From Isurus oxyrinchus (Eukaryota): 64,000 bases of DNA. Where the stretch lies: NCBI GenBank assembly GCA_026770705.1, contig JANJGN010000039.1, positions 2,418,001 through 2,482,000 on the forward strand, read 5' to 3'. The first letter of the stretch is position 1. Each line of letters starts with the position of its first letter. The translations under genes and the position numbers were made by a program. Below, one piece after another: positions 1-12,149 of the stretch. A model generated the notes under the pieces. That model made no database searches. It saw only the letters and a list, made by a program, of their open reading frames with translations, and was not told where the DNA came from.

Positions 1-2790
1 AGCCGTGGATATGTTACAAGGGTAATAGATTGTATAGACTGTCAGCATGTAGAGAGAGCCGGGCTGCTTTCACAACAGTAATACAGTGCATTGCTTGTCA
101 GCATGTTGACAGATCCGGGTGCCTGTCACTATAGTAATAGAGTGCATGCATTGTAATTATGATGACAGAGCCGGGGGGCTGTCACTATAGTAATAGAGTG
201 CATAGGGTGTCAGCATGTTGAAATAGACCGTGTGCTGTTACTCTAGTATGAGAGAGCGTAGAGTGTCAGTAATCCAAAAGAGCCCTGACACTGTCACTAT
301 AAGAATAAAATGCAGAGAATGTCAGAATGTTGACAGAGGCGGGGGTCTGTCAGTATCTTATTAGAGTGCCTATACTGCCCGTATGTTGACAGAGCCATGG
401 AGCTGTGACTATAGTAATAGTGTTCATAGTCTGTCAGGATGTTGGCATAGCCGTGGGCTGTCACTATACTAATAGAGGGTATAGACTGTCAGAATGTTGA
501 CAAAGCCGGGGGGCTGTCACTATAGTAATATAGTGCATAGAATGCCAGCATGTTGACAGAGCCGTTCGGCTGCCAATTTACTATTCTAGTGCATAGACTG
601 TCAGCTTGCTTACAGAGCCAGGGTACTTTCACTATTAGTAATACAGTGCATAGACTTTCAGTTATTTGACAGAGCCGGGGGGTGGGGGGTGGGGGGGCTG
701 TCTGTATATTATTAGAGTACTTAGACTGTCAGCATGTTGACTGAATCGGGTCCTATCACTATTCTAATAGGGCGGGGGATTGTCAGTATGTTTGCAAAGC
801 CTAGAGCATTTCATTATAGTATTAGTATGCATAGACTGTCAATTGATTTACAGAGCCGAAGGCCTGCCACTATATGAATACAGTCGTATTCTGCCTGCTT
901 GTTTACAGAGCAGGCGACCTATGACTAAAGGAACATTATACTATTCAATCAGTATGTTTACAAAAGGGTCTGTCACTAGTAATAGACTGGAGAGATTCTC
1001 GGTATGTTTACAGACCCGGGGACAAGTCAGTGTATGAATAGATTGTTTAGACTGTCAGCATGCTTGAAGAGCTGGGGCCAGCCAGTACAGTAATAGATAA
1101 TCTAGACTGTCAGTGTTTTATAGAACCAGGGTCCTGTCACCAAAGAAACAGAGTGGGGAGACTGTCAGGATATTTACAGAGCCAGGGGCCTGTAACTAGA
1201 TTTTGGAGCTGTCAGTATATGTACCATTCGGCAGCCGGTCACAACAGAAATATAGTGGAGATTCTGTCAGCAACATTACACACACTGTTTTATCACTATA
1301 GTATTAGAATGGGGAGACTGTCAGTACGTTTACAGAGGCCGGGACTCTGCCTCTATTGTAATAGCGTGGAAAATCTGTCAGCATCATTACGGAGCCGGAG
1401 GCCTGTAACTCTAATGCTAGACTGGCTAGGCTGTCATATTTGCAGAGCTAGTGGTTCTATCTCTATAGTAATAGTTTGGGTAGACTGTCAGGGTGTTGAC
1501 AGAGCAGGAGGTTCTGTCATTAAATTAATAGAGTGGGTAGACTGTCATCATTATTAAAGAGCCAGGGGCCTGCCACCATAGCAACTGATCGTGCAGGCTG
1601 TCAGCATGTTTACAGAGCGGGGGCTCCAATCAATATTCTAATAGAATGCGTCGACTTCAAGAGTATGATAGAGCTGGGGGCCTGTCACAACAGTCACATA
1701 ATGGCATAGGCTGTCAGTATCATTACCCGAGTTGCGGGTTTTGTCTTTATAGCAATTGGTTCGGTAGAATGTAGAATGCTTACAGAGCCCGGGTCCTGTC
1801 ACTATCGTAATATAGTGTGCAGTCTATCTCTACATATTAAAGGCTGGGCGCCTGCCACTATTGTAATATCGTGGGGAGACTGTCAATTTGTTAACAGAGC
1901 TGGGGGCCTGTTACTGTAGTAATGGAGCGGGGAAAATGGAAGTTTGTTGACATAGATGCGGCCTGTCACTCGGGTAGGACGAGTAATCCACAGACACAAA
2001 ATAATTCTCTGGGGACTCGGGTTCGATTCTCCCCACGGTGTGTTGCTAAATTCAGTAAAAATCGTCAATCAAAAAAATAAGAATAATTAAATTCTCTAAT
2101 GATGAACATCAAACCAATGCCAAGTGTTGTAAAAACTCATCTGGTTTGCAAATGCCCTTTAAATAAGAGACTGCTGTTCTTTCCTGGTCTGACCTACATG
2201 TGACTCCAGGCCAACAGAAATGTGGCTGACTCATAAATACCATCTGTACATGGAAATTATGGTTGGGTAATAAATGGTGGCCCAGCCAGGAACGCTTACA
2301 TCCCATGAACGAATTTTTTAAAAATGTAGCAGAGGGGAATTGTCAAAATATTCATAGTGCCTGAGACCTCACTCTGTATGCATAAATTGTTTAGACTGTC
2401 AGTAACTTACAGGGCCAGGGGCCTGTCCATGCAGCAATTAAATGGGTAGACTATCAGTTTTTTACAGAACCAATGGCCTTTCAATATTATAATTGAGTGG
2501 GTGGACTGTCAGTCCTTTACAGGGCCAAGCGTCTGTCACCGCAGTGATTGCCTGGGTAAGTTGTCGTTATTTAACAGGGCAAGTCGTCTGCCCCTATAGT
2601 AATTGAGTGCGTAGATTGTCAGTATTTTACAGGGCCAGGGGTCTATCAATATAGGAATTGAGTGGGTAGACTGTCAGGATTTTAGAGGACAGAGGCCTGT
2701 CACTGTAGAAATTGAGTGGGTACACTTTAAGTATTTTACAGGTCCAGATACCTGTCACTGTAGTAACTGAGTGGGTAGGCTGTCATTATT
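1..2790. repeat. 56-bp tandem satellite (consensus ~GACTGTCAGCATGTTGACAGAGCCGGGGGCTGTCACTATAGTAATAGAGTGCATA), interrupted by a SINE
   Basis: The (C/T/G)TGTCA motif or its degenerate equivalent recurs at 39, 95, 151, 207 and 263 (56-nt spacing). Degenerate copies continue to ~1970 and resume at ~2330-2790. The array runs off the window start. Confidence 0.9.
1975..2325 (+). mobile_element. tRNA-derived SINE (shark type) inserted in the satellite
   Basis: B-box-like GGGTTCGATTC at ~2019; body 'gtaaaaactcatctggttt..gacctacatgtgactccag'; LINE-like tail 'cccagccaggaacgcttacatcccatgaacgaa' followed by an A/T run. Confidence 0.75.
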
Positions 2791-2837
2791 TTAAGTTGGG
2801 AATTGCTAGGAAATGCTGAACCGGCTCTTGAATTAAG

Positions 2838-2971
2838 TGGGCGGAGTCGGCGGGGCGTGGATTTGGTGGTTTCAACGTGATGACGCAGATTGAAGTGAGA
2901 AAGCAGCTTATTTAACCCTTATGTGCAAGAACGTGAGTTTGGAACCATTGTCAATGGAGCTGTAGGTGAGT
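2838..2971 (+). promoter_or_regulatory. Pol II promoter-like module with short first exon and splice donor
   Basis: Sp1 site TGGGCGGAGT 2838-2847, GGGGCGTGG 2852-2860, CRE-like TGATGACGCA 2878-2887, TATTTAA 2909-2915, consensus donor AG|GTGAGT at 2965/2966. Confidence 0.5.
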
Positions 2972-5900
2972 GTTTGGTTATTCACTATTTGTTACTCTCT
3001 GGAGCAGTGTATATGTGTTGTACTTTATTTCTGTCGGTCATTTCCTGATATTGTTAACAAAATTGACCGCTTTGTGAAGCTGCCGTGTGCAGTGTATTTG
3101 TGCAAGGATTTTATTTCTATCAGTCAGTTTCTGTTACTGTAAACACGTATGGGTTTCATTCGCTATCTGGCATTCTCTGCCACTATAAACGAGAGCCGCA
3201 TTCATTCCGCATTTGTCACTATCTTAGTGCAGTAAGCGAGTGTCAAAGCCATTCTTCTCAGTTCCGGGAGCAATGTGTAGTTTTTGTGTAATTGTCAACT
3301 TGTGATTAGATCTTTATCATTCTGTACAACTGGATATGGGTATGGGGCGTCAGTCTGATTCTGAACGTCTGTGGTTTGGTGTGCGAGCCTCGCTTTCAGC
3401 CTGCAGCAATTGTTCCGTGGAACCGTGCATGACATTGATAGTCGTTTCAGTAAGATAGTATGTGTATATCAGACTCGTTTTGTATATTTCATTGTGTTTT
3501 CGATTTTCATTCTGTGCGTGGTGTTTGATAGTCATTATAGATCTCTCTGATGTACCCTAGTCCTGCAATATTGTTATGTCACAGTGGGATTTTATGTATC
3601 TTTCACTCCCGTGTGCTGTGTGAATCCTTGAGTTTCAATCAATACATGTCAGTGGAAGATTTACATGTTCGGGATTAATTCTGCACGTGTCAACAATAGT
3701 CATGAGAATGATAAACAAATTATGTATCCAACCATCAAGCACCTGTGGCCTGGGATTTAGCGATGGCCAGAAGACGAAGTTGGTTGTGGTATCGGCAAAA
3801 ACCTTTTCCTAAGCAGTGGTGCTGCCGTCCAGGAGCTGCCAGTAACTGTTGGGCTGGCAGCTCTCGGTGGGCTGGGTTTCCATCGCTGAAATCCCTGAAC
3901 ACGGGAAACCCCCGATATTATCAATTTAAGTGCCTGAGTGGCCGTTATTTCAGCGGGACTTCACTCAAGGAGCTGACACAGGGCTCACACCTGCTCTCCG
4001 GGTAACGGCTCAGACCTCCATCGTCTCCATTAACTACAGCCCAGTGTATTGGAAAGGGGGTCAGGAGCACAGGTAGCTGGGTAAGGGGCCTGAAGATCAG
4101 GACAGGGTGCACAGAATGTGCAAGTTGTCGAAAGATGCACTTAAGGGCTACGAAACATATCCAAGGGATGAGTAAGAGATTTTGGGGAAGTCGCTGTTTG
4201 GAAGGAGGTGTCTCAGGAGATGTGGAATAAGTTCAGCGAGGGGGGTGTTGCATTCCATGGGCAGGCGCTGTTACAGTAGGGGGAATTATTCCGTGGGTTG
4301 GGAGGAGGGAGCAGGGGAGGGGAAGAGTTTCAGTGGGTGGGGAGGCGGGGTTTAGGGAGGGAGAGGTTTTAATTGAATCGGGAGGCCGGAGCAGGGGAGG
4401 GGAGGAGTTTCAATGGCTAAGGAAATGGATGGGGGTGACCAAACCTTTTATGGAGTGAAAAATATGGTCAGGGCGAGAGGAGCAATTTCACTGGGTAGGA
4501 CGGGAATGTCAATGCGTTTGAAACTTGGTCTTTTTAAGCAAAATCCTTTTTACTGGATGTGCTAATAACCCATCCCGACCGCTGTAATGCTCCCTGACTA
4601 TTCCCCTCAATCCCTTTTTGTGGTTCCAATCTCTGTTGGATCCTTATTATGTCAACGATGTCTACTACTAAATATATTTTCTCACATGTCATATTGCACT
4701 GAAATATATTCCATCTTCAGCACACAGTTCCCGATCACTGTGATTGTTTTCTGCGTAATGAATAGGTAAAAAACTGATATTGTGGGAACAAAAACAGGAA
4801 TATCAAAATGAAGGGACACTCCGGATAAAGATATGCAAACAGAGAGGAAACCAGTGTGAACATGTTTTTTTAAAGTTATACAATTAGCATCGGAATAATG
4901 AAGGAAAAATTGCAGAAAAGTGTTATTGCACCAACATGCCTTGGGGAAAATGCGCACCTTGAAACAAAATGGACACTGGAGGAGGTTAAAGCTTAATAAT
5001 AGATCCGGAATTGACTTCTTAAATGCTAAAGGACATGAAGGGCTTAATGGCTAGTGCTGCTTTGGTTTCTGATGTCCATGTGCCTGAAATGTACTTTGCT
5101 CGGTAAATCACCTGGATGCTGTGTTTTTTTTTAAATTATTATCCTTATTCCTGGCAGTTTGACTCTGCAACTGACGCTGCCTCGTCAACATTCAAATATA
5201 CCTTAATTATATAAATATGTTTCAAGCAATTGCTCCTAACTACTGACCATATTCTTATCTTCGAGTACATATGTGTAGAGGAATTTTGTGTCAGGGCAAG
5301 TTTAAATAGCAGGAGAAGGGCAGGTCAAGAGATGACCAAATAATGGAAGGGGCTCAGTGGAAAATCTGGGAGAAAAGTTATGAGCTGAGTAAAGTTTATA
5401 CGATGAGTACAGCAGGAGATTGCAAGTACATTGATTGATCTGTGAATGGCGGGCAGGGAAAAGGGAAAATGTGGTGAGGTACATACTCTGTACTCCAGGA
5501 CCCAATGCTTAACACGTGGATGAGAAATGGTTCAACGCAGCTGCTATGAACTGAGACGGTAAAAAAAAACGGAGTGAGAGGGGTACAGAGAGAGGGTTAG
5601 AGAGAGAGGGGGAGAGAGAGAGACTATTTCATTGTTTCCGAGCTTATATTCACCGAATGCATCCTAAATATCTCGGTTCACACGCTGATTTACCTTTTTG
5701 CTAATTTTGTCTTTAAGATATTTTATTGCTTCTTTCATTAATTGCTTCATCATTTAATTTCAAAACTTTTATTTGTATTCCTTGTTTCACTTTCTTCCCT
5801 AACGCTGTGCTTTATTTTCATCGTCTTCTCCTTTATCCTCATTCTGTTTATTGCCTGAATTTCCATTTCCTGCACCCCTCCCTTTATTCAGGAACGTTGT

Positions 5901-7094
5901 TTTAAAGCTATCATGTTGGTTGTTTTAAAGGGACATATTATCCAGATGCCTATTCATTACGTCTAAACATATATTTCCCACCGTTGTTCTATGTTCATAT
6001 AATTAATAATCGACTCCAGTTTATCTGCAAAAAAATGCTTTCTCATTGCCACAATATCAGCTCCTTGCTATCTAGTTTTATTTGGACATGTTTCTTCCCC
6101 TTACGTATTTAACAATGTTTACCAAAACTATCTAATTATATTCCGATTGATGTTGCATCTATTTCATGCTAAAAGGATTTAAAATACCTGTCACTGTTCC
6201 TTATCAAAGTCTGGATTTATAACCACTGCTTTGGTGGATTTCCCATCTACGGGGTCAGCATTGCGTTCGGTAATACCCGTTAAATTCCTCACATTAAATT
6301 TGCTCAAAGTTTAGTTGGGCTGTAGAGTGTATTTCGAATTATTTAAGCTGCCTCCAACATTGAAGTAGGAATTAATTTCATGCCAATTATTTAAGAGTTG
6401 CATTAAAATTTGGAAATGGACGTAATCGCTTCAGTTACAGAGACAGGCTGTGAAAAATAAGGGTACAAAACACAGATGATGAATAAAGCAAAACACATTG
6501 AACGGATCTTCTCATCCGTACATAAATATAGACGCAGCAGGAGCTCATTTTGTCACCTCATCTTGCATCCCCTTTTAACTATTTGCGTCTAATCATTTAC
6601 TTCTTTTCAAACGTTGACACTTTCTATGAAGCTTTTCACCCCAATCACATCTAAACATTGGATTAAACCATGCCCTGTTTACACTGAATGACCGAGAAAT
6701 CTGCAGCTTTCTGTGGAAGAAAAATCCAAAGATTCAAAACGCTAAGAGTGACAAAAACATTTTCGAAATTTATTCATACGTGATTGAACCCTGTGCCTTA
6801 TCTCCAGGGTTTACGTTACTCTAAAACAGGCGAGCAGATTTCTATCCTGGTAAGAGGAAATATAACAAAACGAGCTCAGGAACGGAAATGGGTGAGATGC
6901 TGAGGCAAATCTGAGCCACAGGTTAAAAGCAAAAGGAATCTTTCCTCGAAAGAAATAACAGAAGATTGTCTTGCTGACGATGTAGATGCTGAGGTCGACG
7001 CATTCAATATATTTAGTATGTTTGCTGTGCTTGTGTGGAGTTCAATGCGACAAAGTTAATCGTATGTTAGAAGGTAGGCCCGGCGAAACAGGGG

Positions 7095-7170
7095 TAGAGA
7101 GAGAGAGAAAGAGAGACAGGCAGACAGACAGACAGACAGACAGACGGAGAGACAGGGAGAGAGAGAGATG
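7095..7170. repeat. (GA)n/(GACA)n microsatellite
   Basis: Direct reading. Confidence 0.9.
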
Positions 7171-7849
7171 GGGGAAAGTCGCCGGGTCAATTATCTGCAA
7201 ATTTAACAGAAAGCAATTATTTAAGCATAAAACAACAGGATGAATAAATGAATCAACGGAAATATATAAATGGCAGCAAGCATCATTCACTAAGTGCAAG
7301 GGCGAAAATAACCAGGAGGACGAAATGCAGATCAAGAAGTTAGGGAAGCATTTGTAAAAATAATGGCATATGCCACGGCAGTACGTCAGGAAGGAATAAA
7401 TCAAATAAATCTCACAATATCCTACCAAAAGGAACAAAATACAAATCAGAATGTTGAGAGTGACAATAAACGTTGATCAGAAAGAATAAACATAAGAGAC
7501 ATGGACAAAGATATTCGATGTCTCTCTTTATGTCATATCTCACTCCCTCTCGCTTTATAACTACCTGTCTGTCCCTCTCTCTCTCTCTCTCTCTCTGGCA
7601 GTGGATCCAAGTATCATGAAAGGACTATCAGTCCTCCCTATAGCAGCTTGACCTCTGTCTTCAGCGCCACACACCTATTGTTTCTATTGTCGACAAGAAC
7701 CCAATGAACAACGAAAGCTTAACGGCCAATGTCCAGATTTTACATCCTGAATCCTCACCCTTAAACATAGTGTTTGCTGGACGGTGCCCTGCAGTACCAT
7801 TTGGAATGCCCGCACCATTCCTCAGCCTTGTGGCTTGGTAGCATCAATG

Positions 7850-8850
7850 GAATATAGCCACAGCCTCCTCCTATCCTGCTCCTCCTCTATTGCCCCTGAA
7901 TTTCCCTCGGTATTCCTTTCCTCTCAAAATGCGATGGCTTGCAGTGTGTGGAGTAACACCACAAATTGTGTCTCCTCTTCCAATGTGCATTGGAGCGCTC
8001 CCAGCACGTGGATCAGGAATCAGATAGAGGGTTTCCTCATGCTGCTGATCGGCTGCAGGGCGCTACAGTTATTTATTCACAACCAACCAGGGTCATTCTG
8101 TATGTGTCTGTTTTCTGGCAGCGTCTAGCATGTTAGGTGTTTGTGGATGGTGAGGCATGGATGGAGATGTTAAGCTTTGCGTCAGAGAAAACACAACCGT
8201 GTTCCCCGTGGAGTGCAGAAAAGAGTGGGAGTACTAGATGTTTCAGATTGAAGGCAACGTGGCAGTGAGGATTCCAGGTAACACGCTTATGACATCAAAA
8301 CAATGCATTCTTACACAATAATAATACCTTATTATGTAATAATGAACTGTGTTGACGTCATCAGCGTGTTAAGAATGTGATAACACCTCCTGTTCCTGTC
8401 CCGGCCGACGTTGATATCAGAATCCCGCAGAATCCTAGTATTCTGGCAAAGTGGAAAACTTTCTCATCCTCCTTCTCGTGGCTGCCAGAGAAATCACTGT
8501 GAGCGCTTCACTTTGGACACCAAATACTCGTGCGCACCGACCAAGTCCCACTTTGAAAATCAACTAGTATTGATAGTCTGCACAGTCTGGCAGATGCAGC
8601 TTTCCTCGTGATATTCAGAGATTGAATGCAGCCCTCTCCTTCCTGAAGTGACCTGCCTGCACAGAAGCCCAGCGAAGCTGTGACCTCATACAGCTCCTGG
8701 CCATTCTTGTTCCGGTGCGCTGCCGCAGGTCGTTCTTATTAACTATCTGGCACAGGTCTGTCATCAGCCAGTGATGAATGGAAGTCACCTCACACTCTGC
8801 TCGAAATGTGCACGGAGTATAAATGCTCTTGGACCATCCGCGATGCTGAC
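7850..8850 (-). mobile_element. Degenerate PIF/Harbinger (HARBI1-like) transposase
   Basis: Minus-strand fragments 'TDLCQIVNKNDLRQRTGTR..EVTASLGFCAGRSLQ' and 'LGALQCTLEEETQFVVLLHTLQAIA' followed by an acidic tail resemble the Harbinger motifs KVTVALNFYASGSFQ and GGALQY..VVCCxLHN. Many disablements. Confidence 0.6.
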
Positions 8851-9339
8851 GGCGTAGTTCCCGCCTCTTTGCACCATACTGCAGAGTTTATTTTCTATGC
8901 CGCCTCTGCTCTTTATGCTAGTCATGCCTCGAACCCAGAATCATTACAGTTCCTGTATCTCGATCCATGTTGAACCAATTCATTTGTCTTCTTGAGTTTC
9001 TACATCATATCACAATGAAACATCCGGAAAACGATAAAGGCCAACTCCACTAACTTGCCACAACGTAACTATTTCAAATGACGCTCGCACACAGGTTTGA
9101 TGCCTGGTCCTTTCAAGGAACACGGCTCGCCGCTTAATGCAAATTTAGCTCAGAGTGATTCATATGGGAACATAACAAGTCGTACGTGACAGCCTGAAAC
9201 GGCCTTCCCAAGGTGTTGTCCGTCTTGTTGCTGGTAACTGTGGCTGTGCAGAGCTAGCCATCATGGGCATTGAGAGATACGGAGGGTAAAGAAAAATCAT
9301 GTTGGACAAAGAAGTGAGTCCATAAAATGCAAATGGGGA

Positions 9340-9850
9340 ACCATTTTCAGGAGCGTGGGGAACAGATAGGGGAATGAAACGAATCGAAGACGTGAGACAC
9401 GGCTGGTGTTAGCACAATAATTGAATGACTAAAACTGAGGCTCTGCCAGGCCAGGAACCAATGTAGGTCACTGAGCACACGGGGGCGTGTGAGCGGGAGT
9501 TGGTGTGCTTCAGGCTTTGGGAACAGCCATTTGCATTTGATGTACTTTTGGTCGTTTAAAAGCGAGAGTGTGGCCAAGGTTGAATTGACATAATCTAAGA
9601 AGGATGTAATGTAGGCATTGATTAGTTTTGTGACTTGAAGTAGAGGGTGATGTATGGAGGTGGTAGCAGTCAGGTTTAGTGAGCGAGAATATACGGCACC
9701 GTAAATCCACCGATAGTCAGAATGATTGCCGAGGTTGTCAGCAATCTTCTTCAACCTCACATATTGGCAACGGAAGGGAGGGAGTCGGTTTACAGAGTTT
9801 GGGGTTTGTGTAAAGGGCGGAAGATAATGGCTTCCACAATCCAAACATTT
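9340..9850 (-). mobile_element. L2-clade LINE 3' fragment (ORF2 C-terminus)
   Basis: ORF 9347..9844 contains 'LINAYITSFLDYVNSTLA' and 'LSDLHWFL', matching the L2 motifs LVHAFITSRLDYCNS and LHWLP. Confidence 0.8.
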
Positions 9851-10091
9851 AAAACATGAATCAATTCAATGTGCTTCATAGATCTAATTGCTGTACAGAG
9901 GGACAGAGCGTGAACAGCAACAGATAAAAGAAAGAGCACGTAAATTACACAAACAGTGAAAAATGGTTTGTGGAGCTAATAACCAGATAGACTGGCTGAG
10001 GGGGAAGCAACGCGCGGGACAAAGTAATCAGAAAACTAATGCAGTTAGTCAGAGGTTATTAATTAACAGCGTGATAGAAAACAAAACTTAC

Positions 10092-10333
10092 CAGGGACAC
10101 CAGCAATAGCAAGGATTGGATAATAAATCATTTGAATCACTTTAACTGCGAAGGAGATCCGGATTTCTAATGTGAACCATTCATTTTGCAGCGAAAATAA
10201 GGGCAAACCAAAAGGATAAACCCCTGGTCCTGATTGGAACATTCCAAACTGTTGTACTCAGATTCGGATCCATTGTTGTGAAATTCCAATATATTGTCCT
10301 CAGATTCTGAGCCATTGTTGTGACATGAAACAT
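10092..10333 (-). pseudogene. GPR139/GPR142-like GPCR copy A, exon 1 only (N-terminus and start of TM1); exon 2 not found in the window
   Basis: Reads ...NEWFTLEIRISFAVKVIQMIYYPILAIAGVP + G|GTAAG (phase-1 donor at 10092/10091), homologous to exon 1 of copy C. The frame from ATG 10333/10315/10273 needs a 1-nt correction near the A4 run at 10210-10213. ATG 10242 is in frame as assembled. Confidence 0.8.
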
Positions 10334-10379
10334 AATTGCCCTCAGATTCAGGTTTATCCTCTCTGCCTCTCAAGAGCCG

Positions 10380-10560
10380 TTGCTCCCTCTTTATGGCGGG
10401 GGTGATGCCCTCGCTGACACAGTGGACATAAGAAAGACAAGATTCCCTTTTTAACAGCTGCAAGGAAACCTCCAGCGGCGCAATTCGGAGCACTGGGACT
10501 GAAACCAATAACAGTCACTGAGCAGAACAGCCCAGTTAACCTCTTCCAGACGAAGTTTTA
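10380..10560 (-). promoter_or_regulatory. Conserved upstream region of GPCR copy A
   Basis: Aligns by eye with 47900-48080 ('gaaacctccagcggcgcaatt..cagttaac' vs 'gaaaccctccagtgacacaatt..cagttaac'). Confidence 0.55.
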
Positions 10561-10569
10561 TGCCATAAT

Positions 10570-12010
10570 GCAGTGGAACATTTGCACAGTATGATGGGGT
10601 TTGAGAGGATTATTGAGCGCAGGGATGGCGGAAATGATGGGAACCCTGGTCAGAATCTTTCAATCATCAATGGATATGGGTGAGGTGCCACAAGATTTGG
10701 AATATACCAATGTCCAAACCCATTAAAACGTAAATAAATGAATGGTCCCAGCAACTTCAAGATTGTCAGTCTAAAGTCCATCCTGGAGATATTACCACAC
10801 ATTGTAAAAAACTGCAATATTCTTCACTTGGAGGAAAAAAGAGGCTTAATGAATGACTAAGCAGACGAACATCATGTTTAGCAAAGTTGGTGAAGTTTGG
10901 TGAAACAATGGAGAGTTTTAAGGAGAATAATGCGTTTATTATGTATATACATGGTGAAGCGGCATGCGGTAATGTGCCTTTTAATGGAAGTGTGAGAATA
11001 ACCGAAATCAGGGCATTAAAGGGGCATTGGCATTTTTGGTATGTCATTGGCTGAGGTACAAAATACTGAGGGGACTAAATTAATGCTCTTGTTAAGGCTG
11101 GAGTGGAGTATACATTGATGTTCTTCAGGGGGACATTTCCAACACATTAAACTGCCGTTAATTTCACCTTTTGTAGAATACAGAAAAGCAGAAAAGTAAA
11201 CACCAAGAAGCTCAGTTAGAAACACAAAGCATGAGTATAACGGCAGGTTGGTGTATTGGAGAGACACACGGCTAATGCAATTTAATGCAGAGCAGTGCAA
11301 AGCATTGCATTGAGTGGAATTTGAGGAGCGTCAATGTAAACTGAAAGCAACGATTTGAAATGAGGAACAAGTCAAGACTGGGGCTGACGTACACACGGTG
11401 TTGAAGCTGCTGGAATACTTTGATTTGAATTGGATAATGCACACAAGTGTTATTGCCTTATCATTCCATGCAAATACTACAGAACAATGGGAGTGAGTGC
11501 TGAAATTCAATAAAGTAAAATTGTTGCATTCTGTCCATATCCAATTTATATCTATCTATATATATATATTAGAAACTATATGAGGAGGGTGCAGAGCGGG
11601 TTATTGCTTTGGTACCAGAGATGGTAGATCAATCAGTGAAATCGAGAAGTTAGAGGAGCTGGGCTTGCTCATTCCTTTACTGCAGAAGTTAAAGGCGAAA
11701 TGTTATCGCGGTGATGAATATTCCATGGTCTTTTCAAACGGGAAGTAAACATTTTCCCGCTCTAACTAGGATAGGTAATTTCATTGCCAAGAGTATCAGA
11801 GAGTCCATGATAAGAAAATGATTGTAGGGAGTTGTTACTCTCTGGAATGCATTGCCTGCAGACACATTGAAAGCAGTTTCAATGGGGAACTGAATAGCTA
11901 CTTGCAGCCGCTATGGGAAAAGAACAGACACGGGAACCAAAATCGGATATTACTTTGGAAGCCAGCACATGCAAGATCCAAGCAATGGATTGATTCTGCA
12001 CTCTATAATC
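10570..12010 (+). mobile_element. Degenerate CR1 LINE (RT region to 3' end)
   Basis: 'ggtgaggtgccacaagatttggaatataccaatgtc' resembles GEVPEDWRxANV; 'cccagcaacttcaagattgtcagtcta' resembles PGNYRPVSL; CR1-like 3' region. Confidence 0.7.
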
Positions 12011-12149
12011 CATCGACGTGAAGACATAAATCATTGACGCCCCCATCTTGTCTGTAAAATTTGCTTTCAGCTGTTCTTTTTTAACCAGATGTTGATCATT
12101 CCTTTAACCCTGGTGTAGGTGACAAAAGAACAGAAAACGCCTTAAGTTG

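Noticed and set aside
2005-2045. tRNA gene (GGTTCGATTC)
   Set aside because: No cloverleaf; it is the B-box of a SINE head.
1-2790. CRISPR-like regular palindromic repeats; ORFs 780..1037 and 1060..1557
   Set aside because: The whole 56-bp unit repeats with no unique spacers, the context is eukaryotic, and there are no cas genes. The ORFs are translations of the satellite.
10167-10508. 113-aa ORF with ESEDN/HNNGS repeats, echoed by ORF 47823..48008 (QRLLRG)
   Set aside because: Alternative frame of the 42-nt repeat and conserved 5' region. The starts are non-ATG and lie upstream of the TATA-position element.
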